A stretch of 64,000 nucleotides of DNA from Lama glama (Eukaryota), in assembly GCA_028534125.1 (NCBI GenBank), contig CM052817.1:15068001-15132000 (forward strand). The letters run 5' to 3'. The notes beneath the pieces are model-generated. The model was not told the DNA's origin and did no database searches. It saw only the letters and a list, made by a program, of their open reading frames with translations. Below, piece by piece: positions 49,587-64,000 of this stretch. The stretch's first letter is position 1. The number at the start of each line of letters is the position of its first letter. Made by a program: the position numbers and the translations under genes.

Positions 49587-52500
49587 TCACATTTTGCTGA
49601 CAGTCTGATGGTTATACACAGCCTACAATTTCCCCCAGGTTATGATAATATTGAGCAGCCAGAAAGGTTAAGCTCCAGGCATAACTATGATCTTTATTTC
49701 AAGTGCAAATAGCCTTCGTTTTGTAGAATTTTGTAGAAAAGTCTAGTATCATAAAGACCTTCTCCTGAGATTGATTTTTCCCTCAAATCCCTCAAATGTG
49801 TCAAAATGCCACAAAACAAAGTTCAGCAGAAAATGCAGCGAAAATTATTCAATGTGGGCAAGGAGAAAATATCAAAGCAAGTCTTTCAGGATGACTAGAA
49901 TATTTGAAGTCTAATGAGCTTAGAAGTTCCTTGTAAAGCTGGATTAGTTGACTCAGGTGAAGAGGTGAATCTTACCACTTTCAGTAAAGTCCTTTCTCCT
50001 CGCCCATCCTGAATAATTTCCCCTGCCTGTTTCTCCATTTCTAATTCTTTCTAATTTGCATCATATTCCAAGGCTAGTGCTTTCAGTAGTGTTACAACAT
50101 TGAAGTTGTGATATTCTTGTGAAGAAAACATTGTCTCTATTTAAAGATTAGAAAGTTGGAGGGCAAATAACTTGCTCAAGATTTTGCAGCTGCTAAGTGT
50201 CAGAGTTAGAACTCACACCAAGATCAAGCTAATTTTATTATCTGTATTCATTTAGTTATTTCATGTTGTCTCTTATGATATTAAACTCTTGATAGATGGA
50301 ATAGACTTGGTCTAATAATCAGAAAATCCAGTGAAATAAGAAGACAATTGTAAATGGTCAGTACATAGAAACATCAATTTGTTGCCTGCATTTTGGCCTG
50401 TGAAAATCTCGTAAGGTGTTATGAAATATCTCCACATATAGGTTTTTCCATAATAAGATAAGAAATTCAAGGAAATTTGGAATTCATTTTTTCAGAGAAT
50501 AATAATTGATCACCTACTGGGGACCTGTTTTCTGGAGCTCAGGACCTAGCAGAACTGAACAAAATCCTTGCTCTCAGGAAACCTGGACTATATTAGTGAG
50601 CAGCACAGACAAAAATCCAAGTCATCATGGAACTTTTATTTGCATTATTGTCTCAATTACAATTCAGGTGGAAGCAAATTACCTACAAATACGCAGAAAA
50701 TTGTCTCTGCACTCCATTTCACAGCTCCTATAGACTTGACCAGCCTTAAATACCCATTGGGACCCCATATGAACATTCCTTTGACAAAAATATACAAAAA
50801 TTTTTTCTGGTCTCTGTTCTGTTTCTCAGTAGACAATATTGAAGTAATCTAATTTCTGCTATGGTATCATGGTAATGAGACTTTGTGTTCCAGTATTATA
50901 TGGGAATCTGGGGACTGTTGACAATAATTGTGCCTTAAAAGTGTGTGAATTATTCAGTGAATTAAAATTTATTTCATTAATTCACTCAAACTACACAGGT
51001 GTGGACAATACCCACCAAGGTTGTCACCGTGCACAGGCTGAGCCCCTGTGGATGTGGTAGGTCAGTAACTCATGAAGACGTCCCATGACCTTCATTTGGG
51101 AAAACTATTTTTTTCAAAGAGAAAATTGGTCACCACACATCCTGCATTTACCAGGTAGTTGCTTCTTCTCCTTCACATGCTTCTAGGTACTTGTAGATGG
51201 CTTATTCCAAGAGAGTGCAATTTTTAATCTTTGAATCTAAGAATGGCCCTCTTTATCTGGCAGCATCTCTTGGTAGACAGGATACTTGAACAGTTCCAAT
51301 TATTGGTAGTGACTGCATGTTTAAGACATATAGTCCATGACCTGCAAACTTTGGGAATCCTAGGATTTAAGATTTATGGCTTTGGCATGTTAGGTATGAT
51401 CTTGGGTATCCCTGAAACAGTAATAGGTCATTTTTTGGGGGAGAGGATGTGAATTCAAATCAGCTGTTATTGAAGGCAAATGTGTAGGATAATTCAGACT
51501 TACGGTAGCGACTTACATTTGCATGACATACACATCACCAAAGGAATCTGAAAATTCATATCCTGACTCACTGGGTCCAGAGAGGGGTCTGAGATTCTGC
51601 ATTTTCCTTCAGGGATGCCAATGAGGTCCTTCGTGCACACTTGAAATGGTGAGGAAGAGTTGGCCAGGGAACCTGAAGGACTACCCATGCATCACAGCTC
51701 AAGGCAGCTGTGCTGTGTTCCTTTTATTGTTACATGTCCAGTAATTTTAATTAAGGATTTAAGGAAGGAACTTACAATTTTAGGGTTGTAACTGAATGCA
51801 TTTTATGAAGAAAGTGTATGCTATGGTGATGTTCATCACAATTTGGGATGAAGAAGCTCTCACTTGAGATACAACCTTCATCCATGCCCAGGGCTCCTTG
51901 TGTACAATTGAGGAACTCCTTCACATATGCTCTCTTATTTGGACCCTACTAGCTCTGTGAGGCAGACCCACTGAGTATTCTGCTAATGTAGTTTTACAGA
52001 TAATTCAAATGAGAAACCTAGAAGTGGGAGACAGCCCCAAGATCACATAAAGCATTGGGACAAAATAAGGGTCTGAAACCAAGGATCCTAGCTCTCTGTT
52101 TGGTAGCAGATCCATCTAACATAAAGGTTTTTATTTTATCCTTCCAAAAGCCTCTAGATTGATTGCTTTGCTTCACATAATGTACGTTCAAACTATAATC
52201 ATTATATGTGCTTAGCTATTATCAATGTCATTACCATTATCATCCCAAACAGGCCATAACAGTGCTTCTGACAAGCACTTTTTGTTTTAAACAAAAACAA
52301 ATGTTTAAAGAATATTTTGTGTGGTACAGTGGATATACAAAGGGACAGAAGAGTCTAAGCCTCAAGTACCACAAAGATGATTTTGATGACAACAGCAGAA
52401 AGGCGATTTGAGATATCAAGTTACAAATATCAAATTAAATGAGTTAATGCACTTTCATTAGACACTCAATAGCTAATGGACACTCAAATAATGTTACTAT

Positions 52501-52609
52501 CAAACAGGTGTCCAAACAATAAAAGCTATAGAATACTAAATTGCCTAGTGGTCAAGGAAATCTCAACAGATGAGGCAGGATTTTTAGTAGCTCTTAGAAG
52601 GAATAAGAT

Positions 52610-53085
52610 CACAGTGGTTAAGAGCCAGGCTGCTGGGGTTTCAATTACAGCCCAACCACTCCCATCCTGTGTAAATTTGGTTACATAAATTGGCTCAGTT
52701 GTTCTCAGAAGTAACTCTGAGCCTAAACTGGCTTATCGGTAAACCTGGGAGGAAATAACTGGTTCTACCTCGGCGGTTGTTGAGAAACTTAAATAAGACA
52801 TTAAAAAACACTTAATACACTGCCTGATGCACAGTAAATGCTCTGTAATCAGAGCAGATTTTATTGAGCACTTACTAAGGTCTAATCGCTAGCACTACTT
52901 CCACGTGTCCACTCATTTTAGCTTCACAGAAATCCCATGATGTAAGGGCATTATTATTCCCATTTTAGAGATAAGGATACTAAAGTCCAGAGACATTAAA
53001 TGACTTGCCTTATCTCATGCAATTTGGAGTTGTGAGAAATGCGATTAAAACCCAGGCATCTGGCCTCAAACCTGTGTTCTTTACT
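52610..53085. mobile_element. Two MIR SINEs tail to tail (+ 52610-52850, - 52860-53085)
   Basis: CAGTGGTTAAGAGC...GCACAGTAAATGCTC, then TTTATTGAGCACTTACT...CCCATTTTAGAGATAAGG. Confidence 0.8.
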
Positions 53086-55239
53086 AAACTCTACCAACTG
53101 TACAAATGTCAGTTCTACTGTTACTACCACCACCACTTCTACTATTTATTTTTGTTGTTACTCTTGTTGTTTGAGTTGCTTTGTATGCCATTAAAGCTTT
53201 AGGAAAGCTGAATAAAGTAAGGAGGTGCAGGGTGCACTCTAGTGTGAGTAAAGGAAGAAAGGTAGAGATCCATCTGACCTGATGGCCCCTGGGCCAATTG
53301 GACTGAGGCGGAGAGCTGTGGGGTGAAGAAGTAAGAAACTGGATTGAAGAGGGTATTGGCACCAGACCACAGAAGATCTTTAATATCATTCTAACATGAT
53401 AGGGTTTTGCTCTGGGGGAAATGAGGGATTTCACAGCTTTGGGGTAAGGGAATGATTTAATTGCATCACTGTTTAGAATGCATAAAAGTAGAAGGGAAGG
53501 GGAGAGAGACAAGGAGACCTGTTAGGTGTATACGTGGACATTGGTACATTTATTCACTCATTCATTGATCACACACCCATGTGCCCCACCCACTCTAGTG
53601 CATGTTAGGAATACAGCTAAAAAGGCCTTAGCTATTCTCACGACAACAGGTACCATCACAGACTCACAAACCCATGCCGTGTGCACTAAGAAACATACAC
53701 GTAAAGTAACGAGGCTAATTGCACAAGACTCTTATGGAATCTATCTTATTAATTCACAGCCTTGGCTCCTATATAAGTAATATATCAGAAAATAAAAGCT
53801 GGGGAATCAATCACGCTGCTTAGACGTTCTTCTTCTCCGTGACTCACTTAGTGGGTATGTGATGGAAGGAACTTTTATGGTGGGGAAATTCCTATCAGTC
53901 ACAGCTTTTATAACTGCCTATTGATGATATACACAGCTCTATAATGGCTGTGCTAAAATTGGCTTTTACTTCCTTAAACCATCATTGTATTGAACCATGT
54001 AACCAGAAAATCACAATGTGGTGATCTTTCTCTACACTAATCCTTCCATGAGTGCTTAATGACTTGTCTGTTCATCTTGGAGATAATAAACCTTGCATTG
54101 AAGCAATAGCTGTCTTGGTGGCTTTGCATAAATCATTATTTGTAAAAGTGAAGGAAAACCTATAGATAGGAGCCAAGGACTGGGATTGCTCAACTTCTAA
54201 GAATTAGCTCTGGTAATTGCTGTGATTGCATTAGGAATGCACTAACCAAATAGATGCAGACCAAAAAATAAACATTATCTCTCAAAGTGATCAATATAAC
54301 AACTTCCAACACAGGAAGGGCAATTATTAAATATCCTAGCAAGGTTTGTCTGAGCCAAAAAACATTGCAGTGAAATGCCTGTTAGGTAGAAAATGGGGAA
54401 CAGACAAAGACCAATAGAAACATGGGGAGTTATTCTTTCACAGCTAAAAATCAAGTTGAAATGTTGTAAGAAAGTGTACGTAGAAAATAGTTATGTCATT
54501 AAAATAGAACAACTTACAGTGCTAAACCTAGCTATTTCCAATGATTTAAAAATATCACTTCAATTAAGATTGTCTTCTCAAGGCAGGAGACTGATTTGTT
54601 TCCCAAATGAGATTTGTAACATCCTGTTTTTCAGCGTCTCCCCACACCTTGAGTCACTGTTGAATCACTCTATTTCTCAGCATCCTATGAAGCTACGAGA
54701 ACACAGACATTTTCTTGAAGCAAATACAGATAGAATTTTTCCCCAAACACAGATTCACAAGAAAATAAGGCAAAGAGAAATTGAAGAGAGATGTAGGACA
54801 CTATATTTAGGCCAGTTGCCTGATTTCCACTGGACTTTATCCTAATTTCTTTTAGACTCTTGTCCCAGAGGCTGATTTTGTCGTTCATAAAGCAGAAAAA
54901 CCTACAGGTGGAGAGCTCAGCCAGCAGAAAATACCCTCAGATTAGTAACAGACCAGTAAACAACACACTGCTGAGCCTGAGGCTGATAGACTGTCATCCC
55001 GATAGGCTAGCCAGTGGTTCGGAGTTTGTACAGGGAGGCTCTGTTGGTTTGTTTGTTTCTGTTTCTTTTCCATTGTATCATTTCTCCTCTTTATACACCT
55101 TATTGCTTTCTCCATGCCTCCTCCCTCCCCTGATCCTCTTCCTTTCTTCCTGTCTTCCTGCTTGCTTTCCTTCTGCCTACCTGGCTTGGGGCAATAGTCT
55201 TCCAGCTGGTTCCCCACTTTCCACCCTTGCCCCTAAAGT

Positions 55240-55800
55240 CTGTGATCAATGCTGTAGCCAGGGAGATATTTTTTAGGACATAGGCCAGGTCATACCCCTT
55301 CTCAGTGAAACATCCTGCCTGGCTTCCCATTTTACCCAAGTCCACGCTAAAGCCCACGCAGAGGCTAGAAGGTCCTAAAAGACCCGGTCCTCTGTTTACC
55401 TGCTGAGCTCCTCCCTTCCTTGCTTCTCCCAGACAAGACCTGCCCGCTCCTAACTTAGCACTCTTTTATTGGCTTTTCCCCCAGTATCTGAATGATGGAC
55501 TCTCACCTTCAAGCCTGTGCTTAAACCTCACCTTCTCAATGACCACTGACCACCTTGTTTAAAACTGAAACCAATCCCCCTCTCCTTCACCCCTGGAATT
55601 CTTGATTTCCTTAACCTTATTCTTTTTAACATATTATACAATTTATATTTTTATTATGTTTATTGTTTTTCTTCTTTCACTCAAATGTAAACTCCATTAG
55701 AAAGGGATCTTTGCTTGTTCAATGATTTATTGCCTGAGCCTAGAACAATGACTGAGAAAAGCAAACACTCAATAAATATATTTGTCCGAAAAAATGAAAG
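55240..55800 (+). mobile_element. L2a-like 3' region
   Basis: CTCACCTTCTCAATG...ATGTAAACTCCA...CCTAGAACAATGACTG...ACACTCAATAAATATATTTG. Confidence 0.85.
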
Positions 55801-55819
55801 TAAGCTATCTTCAAGGTGG

Positions 55820-57400
55820 GAGACAGACAAGATAGTGAAATATAACACAATTGATAAGTGTGATGATGGAGTTCTAAAGTGAGGAAATGACAAGAGAAAT
55901 GATCGCATCAGTGTAGAATTTGGGAGCATGATGAGAAGTTCAGCAGGCAGACTAGAATATCAAGGGTGAGGGAGGGCATTCCAGACAGAAAGAACAGTGT
56001 ATGAGAAGGCAGACAGGTGTGAGAGAATGAGCCACTTTGTGTATGTATTTGTGGGAAGAAGGGTGAAAACAATATGCCTAGGTGTGTTACAGGGAACTTA
56101 CAGAGTAGAGGCTAGAAATGCAGTTGTAGGGGTAGAGCAATAGAGGAGCAAGATAATGACGGGTCTTACTTGCGAAGCTCAGGAGATTAGATTTGTCCTG
56201 AAGACAACAGGTATTCACTGAAGGACTGAGCAGCGGCGGAATGATGAGACTGAAAATTTTAAATATAGTGATAGCATATGATGGATAGGAGAAGGGTGCT
56301 TCTGGAGTCTAAGAAGCCATTTGCTGGATATTGGTGGAGATTTCAATCAAGGCAATGGAACCAGAGAGCACAGGGTCATGTCTGAGAAAGATTTAAAAGG
56401 ACGACCTCTCACGAATCAGTAGCTGATAGCCTATGAAGTAGAAGGAACAAGGATGAGTCTAAGATAATTCTGACATTTTTAGTAAGAGTGACCAATTGGA
56501 TTGTAATCATATTAGCTATCAATGGACAATTAAGGGATGAGCAGACTTGGGGAAATAATGTTTGCAGTGAAATGTTGAGTTTGTTGTGCTAGGGAGCTCC
56601 CAAGAGGAGTTATGAGGTAGTTAAAAATAAGTGAACTAAGCGGGTAGGACTTAAGATACAAGTCTGGAAAGGTAGTGATAGAGATTTAAACAGGAATAGT
56701 GAATGACAATTAAATATGATGCTCAGTGTCATGGCCCCTCCAGAATCAGCCGAGTTTGATAAGAGAATCGAGGTTGGTGTTCTAAGGAAGGTTGCTATTT
56801 AATTGTTAGGGAGACAAAGTACCACCTGTGAATGGGATATTGTACAAATTATCAAAGATTTGGTAAGATGAGGAGGGTGTAGTGGTGCCAAGGAAACCAA
56901 GAAAGAAAGGAATGGCCTCCTCGATTTTGTACAATGGGGACACCATGGAAGATAAGGAATGGAGATCAAGGATCTGCCCAACTTACTAAGAAAAATTTTC
57001 AGACAAGCTTTGGGGATGGAAGCCAAGCTATAGAATATTGAGAAGCCTAAGGGAGATGATCGGTGGAAGATTATATTTATAGATGAACCTTCAAGAAACT
57101 GGATGTGAAGGGTAGCATAGAAATAAGGACGTGATTAAAGTTGGATATAAGGTGAAGAGAAAGTTATTTCTCATACAAGAGAGACTTGTTGGGCAGACTG
57201 ATTTGATGTTGACCAAGAGTTTGAAAATGAAGGAGAGAGAGGATAAGCTGTTTTCAGCCCTGCAGTAAGGGGCTCATTCTGTGTGAGGAATCATAGGATT
57301 TGGGATATAGATCATGGGTGGAGATATTAACTCCCAAAAGAAAAAAAAAAAAGATCACTTGTTCTTTAGACTTGAGAGGAGAGGGTGGTGGTGTTTGCAA
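55820..57400 (-). mobile_element. Long decayed L2
   Basis: GGGCATTCCAGACAGAAAGAACAG...TGTTGAGTTTG...CCTTCAAGAAACTGGATGTGAAGGG. Confidence 0.7.
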
Positions 57401-58129
57401 GTAGATATGTAGGAAACATTGAGGTTTTAAGAAATCAGTATGTAACTCTCCCTCCCCACCACCATGTTCAAAACCAAATGAAGAATAATACAGTTAAGCA
57501 GAGCCATGTAACTCAACATGGAAGCTATAAGAATGCTGAGTTGTCCGAAGAATGCCACTATAAGGTATGGGCACCGAGACTTGCTAACATTCTAGCCAGG
57601 AATTAGGAATTAGACACAATTTAGAGCTAGACATCTCCAAGCTTCCCCACACAGAATGGGCCCCTTACTTGAGGGCCAAGAACAGTGAGCAGATGTCAAT
57701 GTGTGCTCTCTGAAGACAGGTCTCAAGGAGAGAAAGGGGTTGAAGTGAAGAGGTCCAGTCCTTTCTTCTGCACTAACCAATCAGATGCTAAATTCTGGAA
57801 ACATGAGATTAATGATACCACAAGTCTCCTTTCCAAGAGGGATATAGATGAAGTGCCTCCTCTCTTTGAGGGAGAAGAGAAAGGGGGAGGAGGGCTGAGG
57901 AAACACAGTAATATGTGTAATGGCTGCTGTGAGGAATGGAAGGGTGACCTGGGACATACGGAAGGATCGTTGAGTCCAGTTGAGGATGGAGAACATATGT
58001 TTGCTCTTCTACAGAAGGACCCAGCAGGTATTGTGTAGGAGATAAAATATTTTAATTTATACTTGGGAAATTTCATGGGAGTTGCAGTGGTGGCAAAAGA
58101 ACAGTTGAAATAATACATTGTGATGTCCA

Positions 58130-58689
58130 GACTTGAGTTTCGGTCCTCTATTGCTGCATAACAAATAACTCCTAATGTGAATGGCTTAAAGCAGTAATTC
58201 ATTGTCTCTCATGGCCAGGAATTCAGGCAAGGCTCAGCTGGACCGTTCTTCTGGTGAAATGCCATCATGGAGGTCGGCCATCTGGCTGCATTCTGTTGGA
58301 TCTAGACTGGGCTGGAAGGTCTAGGATGAATTCATTTATAAGTCTGGCACCTCTACATGGTCTTTCTTTGTTTCTCTCTCTCCCTCTCTTTTCCCCTTCC
58401 CTCTCATCTCTCTTTCTCTCCACATTTTGTCTTATCATTTAATGATCTCACTAGCTTCTTTATCGCAGGTTGGCTTCCCTCGAGAGCACAGAAGGAAAAG
58501 CTGCCAGACCTCTTCAAAGTGAGGATGGGAACTCGAACAAAGTCACTTCTACACATTCCATTAATTACAAGGCCAGCCCAGATTCAAAGAGAATGATTGA
58601 AATAGACTCTCCCTCTCGATGAGGGGCAAACTGCCTGTACAGGGAGAAGGGCAATTGATGAGAACCTCCTTTGGAGACTACCTACCACA
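58130..58689 (-). mobile_element. MaLR solo LTR (MLT1H-like)
   Basis: CTATTGCTGCATAACAAATAACTCC...TGGCTTAAAGCA...CAGGAATTCAGGCAAGGCTCAGCTGG...CTTTGGAGACTACCTACCACA. Confidence 0.85.
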
Positions 58690-61600
58690 ACAGGATGCAA
58701 GGCAGAAAATGCAACCAGATTCCAGACATGCAAACACAAAAGCCGGGATTTCACTTGCCCATAGAGGAAGTAATGGCTGGAGTTTATTTTATTGGTGAAG
58801 TTCCTCTGCCCATAGAGGGAACTGTAATATTTCTGCTAGAAGGCAGGAATTCTTTCATAGTACCATGGATTTTCTAGCAAAAGTTTCTGGGCTTAGAAAA
58901 AAAAAAACGAATGTATTTGAAATTCCATTTTGATGTTCAGACTCAGCTCATTCTGAGGAGTAAAAGTAGTTTGGACATGAAAGTGTCACACCAAATTAGG
59001 CTCTGCTTGGCCTTTTGGGAGATGGTAAAATTAGGATTTGCTATGAAAACATGTAAGAATTTGAATCTCATAGGTAAGGCTGCTGTTTAGAAGCTATATG
59101 AGGTTGATAAAATAGATGTAGGATGCCCTCTTCCTCTGAGGGCTTACACCCTCTCTGGTGGCGCTCAGCTCATTTTTGGACCCAGGACTACTCATAATCT
59201 AGATTGTCGTGTATGCGCTCATATCCTTTCAGGAACTCCTGGCATTTCTTGGCTTTTTTTTTTTACCAGCGTTTGCTCTTCCACTTTGTCCCTCCGTGCA
59301 GTTTCTCTGCCTGTTCCATAAGGGCTTTAGAATCTGGAGTGGATGTGAGTCACCATCTCCTGCTCCATTCTTGTTAAGGGAAAAACATTTTTTTTTCACT
59401 TCTTTTGATTTCAGACCAACTAAATTTCCACCTTTGGGCCTCCACCTCTTTGACCTTTGGAAAATTGAACTGCACATCCTTGGGGCTTCCTCTGACTACT
59501 GTCTTGAGACTGTGCCAAGGTTCTTGCATCATTACAAAGAACCAGTGCACTGGTTCTGTTGAGAAGTGCATGGTCCCAGCCTCCATGATCTGCAGTGCAT
59601 TTAAGAATCTTTGGTAAGGTTGTGAGCCCTGGACCCTAGCATCTAGCCTCCCTGGGACACTGTGTGGTCACTCACTGAATTTTTGCCCATCATCTTGTGT
59701 CACAAGGAAGTAGGGTGCAGGTATCCTCGGCATGCAGAACCATGTGATTTTTTTTCCCCCTACCAGCTCTTTTCCAGGCAGGAAAATCTCTTTTGATTAT
59801 TGGGTGTCCCTCTTACATCAAGCTCTACTATTCTTAATGAATTCAGACTTTTGACTATAAAAGCCTCAAATCTTTCTTGGTTTGACCCCATTGCCTGCTT
59901 GAATGGGGGCAAAGGACGTGGGAAAGACAGAGAAAACATAAATTAATAATGCAAATCTCTTTCTGCCACATTTTCCTGTCACTCCCAATCAAAGATGATT
60001 TGTCCATGTGTCTCTACCTCCCAAAGGGACCCCTGGCTAGTCTGTGAAACAGCTTCAGCTAAGTGAATATGATAATTCAAAACAATGAAAGGAGCTCTTT
60101 GAGCTCCTACAAGCCTCGTCCTGGCGCTTGTGTCTTTTTCAATAGCTGGCCTTCTGGAGAAAATACCTAGTTTTGTTAGTCATTCAAAGAAATGACATGT
60201 ACCTCAACCAGGTATAATTAGAGAGAAAGGATGAGGCAGGTGAGGGTGGGCAGGGCAGTGCAAGATTATCTAATTTTAAAGCTTAAGTATCGAATTATTC
60301 AGCATACTGTAGAATGGGGTCTGGGGATGTGCCCACATTGACTCAAATAACAAAAATGCTAACACGTGAATATCACTTTACAATATCTGCAACACTTTTC
60401 TACCCACAAATTCACTTGAACCTGGATTCTAAACTCACAGAATATTGCCATTGAAAGGAATTTAGTTACTTTCTCTTCCCACTCAACACAAGAATCCCAT
60501 TTAAAAACCTAAGGGACACATGCAGCTACCTGTCCTTGAGAAGTTCTGGTGACAGGGAGACCACTGCTTCATGATGTACAGCTCTACTTGTTCAGGAGAA
60601 TTTTTGTTTTTGACAGAACTGATACCGATATCATCCATAAATTCCATTCACTAGCCTCAGTGTGGAACTTAGAGGAAAAGAGGGCCAGACTTCAGAGTTC
60701 AGCATTATTCATCAAAATCACAACTTAGCCACCGACTGCGGTGGTTTTGGGCAAGGGGCAGGAACTCTCTGAGTCCATGGGCTCACCTGTAAAATGCTGC
60801 TAATCTACTGACCATATGGATTTGTTCTGAGAATTAAACAAATGGTGAACCATGACCCTTTTGAGTAATATCTCATTTGATCCTCACCCAGTGTAGGGGA
60901 CTTTATGATAAACGGTACCTACTGACTCATGTTCTAATACGCAGGGTTTCTTTTCAGGCTGTAAGCCCCTGTTTAACTGTGAGTATATCTGCTTCAGGAA
61001 GCCTTCTCCTCTCTTATGTTCTGTTTCCAACCTGCTAAAATCATGCAGCCAAGGCAATCTCATGCCTTACACCTGAGGGTTGATCGAGAGCCATTATTCT
61101 CTGAGTGAACCTAGTCCAAGTCTGTGTGCACTCAGCCCTGAATTTTGCAGACATCATTTCCCTGGCTCAGGGATCTTTTTGCTTTATTTCTGAGATCTAT
61201 TAAATTCTTGATTATTGATCTTATGATACACTTGGTATTTTTTTTTCCCTACAGCCTGTTTCTCCTACATATGACATCACCATGCATAGTGCACCCATCT
61301 TCTCAGTTACTTGTGCCAGAAACTGGCAATCATATTTGCCTTAATCCTTGGTTCAAATGCCATATTCAATCAGTCACTAAGTTCTGTCAATTCTACCTCC
61401 AAATTATATCTCAAATCTGTCCCCTTCTTTCCATTGCCTCTGCCCATTCCAGACTCGCACCATCCCTCCCTGGAACTATCACAAAGGCTTTGCCAAATGA
61501 ATGATGTCAATTGTATAAAAATCTTATACAGTTAAATGATAACCCAGTCTCTAGTTAAGGAAACCAAGTTCTGTGCAAAATATTCAGGACTATCTCTAGC

Positions 61601-62523
61601 CTACAGTCTCCTTTTCCTTTCCTTTTGATTATTAAAATAGTAAGTTTCAAATTACCTGGAAAATCCAGTTAGGTGGAACCACTTATTTTCAAACTGTGCT
61701 AAGTAAAAATGAGGACTAAAGTAGTGTATTTATTCAAGATTGATTTTTGCCAAAGTTTGTTCCCATCTGTAGATTGTGCTTGTGCCTCATGGAGTCTCTC
61801 TTTTTTGTTCTGGCTGCTTGGAAAAGCCAAGCAAAACTTCCTTCAAGCCCAGCAGTTAATTGTCACAGTGATGCCTGTTTGATGACTCCATATTTATTTT
61901 AAGAGGAACTGCATCCCGTTGGGCCTGCCAGGATGAGTTAGCTGCGAAATGCATTCCTAAATAGCTAAATGATTCAGCGCAGGATCCCATATATGAAATT
62001 GACTTTGTAATGCGGCGGCATGTCTCTCTGTTGGAAAGTCTATCTATTTCGGTTCTGTGCTTTATTTTATAATTCAATATTGCATATGAATAGGTAATGG
62101 AGGGAAGCTTTCTTGCCTCACAAAACCCACGTTACAACCAATACGTCGTTAAAACTTTGCCCAGGTACTTGGAAGCTTCCTCTGACGAGCACTCAGTTAT
62201 ATAGGGCCAATGTATCCAAAAACATGCAGAATTGCACACTGCAGTTTGCAAATAACAACTAGGATGCTCTTGAACGGAGAAACCCCCAAGAGGGTGCTTA
62301 CCTCCTTTGCATCAATAAAGTACCACAGCTTCTTATCAGAGGCTGACTTTTGCTTACAGCTAGAAATCTGGCTAAACCCAGTTTCTAACCACTTAGAGAC
62401 TTCAAATAATTCCCAAATTATACCTTCCTTCAAAGGGAATATGCTTTAAATCAAGTGTTTAATGTTAGGAAAATAATAATTCACACACTTGCACACCTTA
62501 GCAGCCTGTTTTAATTTAAAGAC

Positions 62524-62528
<5 letters not shown>

Positions 62529-62566
<38 letters not shown>
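62529..62566. repeat. (GA)19 microsatellite
   Basis: Directly visible. Confidence 0.97.
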
Positions 62567-62570
<4 letters not shown>

Positions 62571-64000
62571 GCCCTGGCTCCTGGCCTCTCTACTCCTCCT
62601 CAAAGTGCTCAGGAAATGTGCTTCTTTTAAGGAGTAGGGACATAATCAGCACCGAACCCCAGAGTGACTCAACTGGGCGTTTTGTTCGGCAAACAATACA
62701 TTGAGGAGAAAAATGCTGGGGTTTTTCTGAGACAGCACGAGCTCTGGTGAAGTAAGGTCACTTACTTATAGCAAAGGGCCAAAAGCACCAACCAAGTTCA
62801 GCGAATTCTCTAAGTGTGCTTCACTCCATCTCTACCAAAGAACCCAATGTCTTCAAAGAGACCGTGTATTCTATCTGTGGGTCACTGTATTCTGTGGACT
62901 GCCTGTTAATTCTGAGGGGAAAAAATAATGCTTTACACTGACAAAATGAGTGACCAGGGTGGGGGCAGATAAGAGATGCAGCAGCTCCCAGGGCCAGTCC
63001 AGAGGGGTAAACCCAGTAATCTAGGTATCCACGTGCCTATGAACCTGTCTTCTCTGCTTAGCATCTGCAATGGTGCTATGTATCCCCTTCAGGACAATTG
63101 AGAACACAGTCATTCAAATGATTTTTCTGAATTCTGCAGATGAGATAAGGAACTCCAGATGAGAAAGGCTGGTTGAGTCATAATATTCAGTTTCTAATTT
63201 TGGTGTGTCATAAATTTGTGAGATTTTGAGATAGCCATTTAATTGCATGCGTATCGCTTTCTTTATGTGCAAAATATGAGGAGCTGGTTGATTTTTGAGA
63301 TGCTTTAAGGACCTCAGGTGAGTGAGAAGAGTGGTATTATCCAGAGAGGTTACTTTTATTGATGATGTGCTCAGGAGTCTTGAAGCTTCATAGTTTAACA
63401 TTTTTGTGCATATTTTTATGCTGGAGTATTTTTTTTCTTAGATAAAAACTGAGAACTAAAAAGTATCATAGAATCTAGTCCGGTCTTGCAGCCGACATTT
63501 GAATTTCTTCTAAAATACTTTTACTAAGTAACTATATATTCCGTACTTGACTGCCTCTAGTTACAGAATACCCACAATCAGCAAATTTACTCGTCCCATC
63601 TTTGAAGCACTCTGTTTTGCCTTATGCAATATGTTATTTCCCTCACTTTACAGTAAGACTTCGAAACGAGGTTACACTCTTTTTATTAAAAAAATCCAAA
63701 AATGTTCTATCTACTGGAAACTAACCCATCTCAGTACTTCCATCTTTTTCTGCCTCATAATTACCCAGAAGACCTCCCTCTGGAGTTTTCCATGCCAACA
63801 GACTTATCTTCCCATTGTGCAAGTTACCATGTTTTGGGGAGGAAAGCAAATTAACATGTGGCTTCCATACAAGAAGTGTTGTGTTGGGAGCCTGCATGGG
63901 GGCATCCATGCCTGAAAGAAAATATTGTTTACAATTGTGCCCCTCCGCCACCAAGTGGAACCTACAGTAGCTGCGGGACACGGGTGGACAGTGCCTCCAA

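Noticed and set aside
54393..55357. Cluster of 85-150 aa ORFs
   Set aside because: No recognisable domain; partly low-complexity or L2-derived.
57685..58202. ORFs of 117 and 159 aa
   Set aside because: They overlap L2-like and MLT1 repeat sequence.
1..64000. Strand bias of L1/LTR elements as evidence for a host gene orientation
   Set aside because: Both orientations are well represented, so the counts are too small to infer a transcribed strand.

Overview
This is 64 kb of AT-rich, CpG-depleted mammalian genomic DNA. Three tRNA-derived SINEs of the Vic-1-like type and the artiodactyl-type L1 3' ends suggest a camelid (inference from memory, not a database search). I find no supportable protein-coding gene; the ORF track is explained by chance ORFs, microsatellites and decayed L2 ORF2. 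The window looks intergenic or deep-intronic and is full of old repeats (MIR, L2, L3/CR1, MaLR/ERVL/ERV1 LTRs, Tigger and hAT DNA transposons) plus younger L1 tails and SINEs. The best unexplained structure is a chimeric unit: an ERV1-like LTR fused antisense to an L1 3' end. It occurs twice in inverted orientation (about 10775-11771 and 14791-15388) with the same junction, and the second copy is flanked by a 7-bp direct repeat. Also noted: a perfect 77-bp tandem duplication, nested insertions, a 50-bp perfect palindrome, candidate splice signals and several CpG-retaining unique blocks that may be conserved enhancers. Repeat family names were recognised by eye and most boundaries are approximate.
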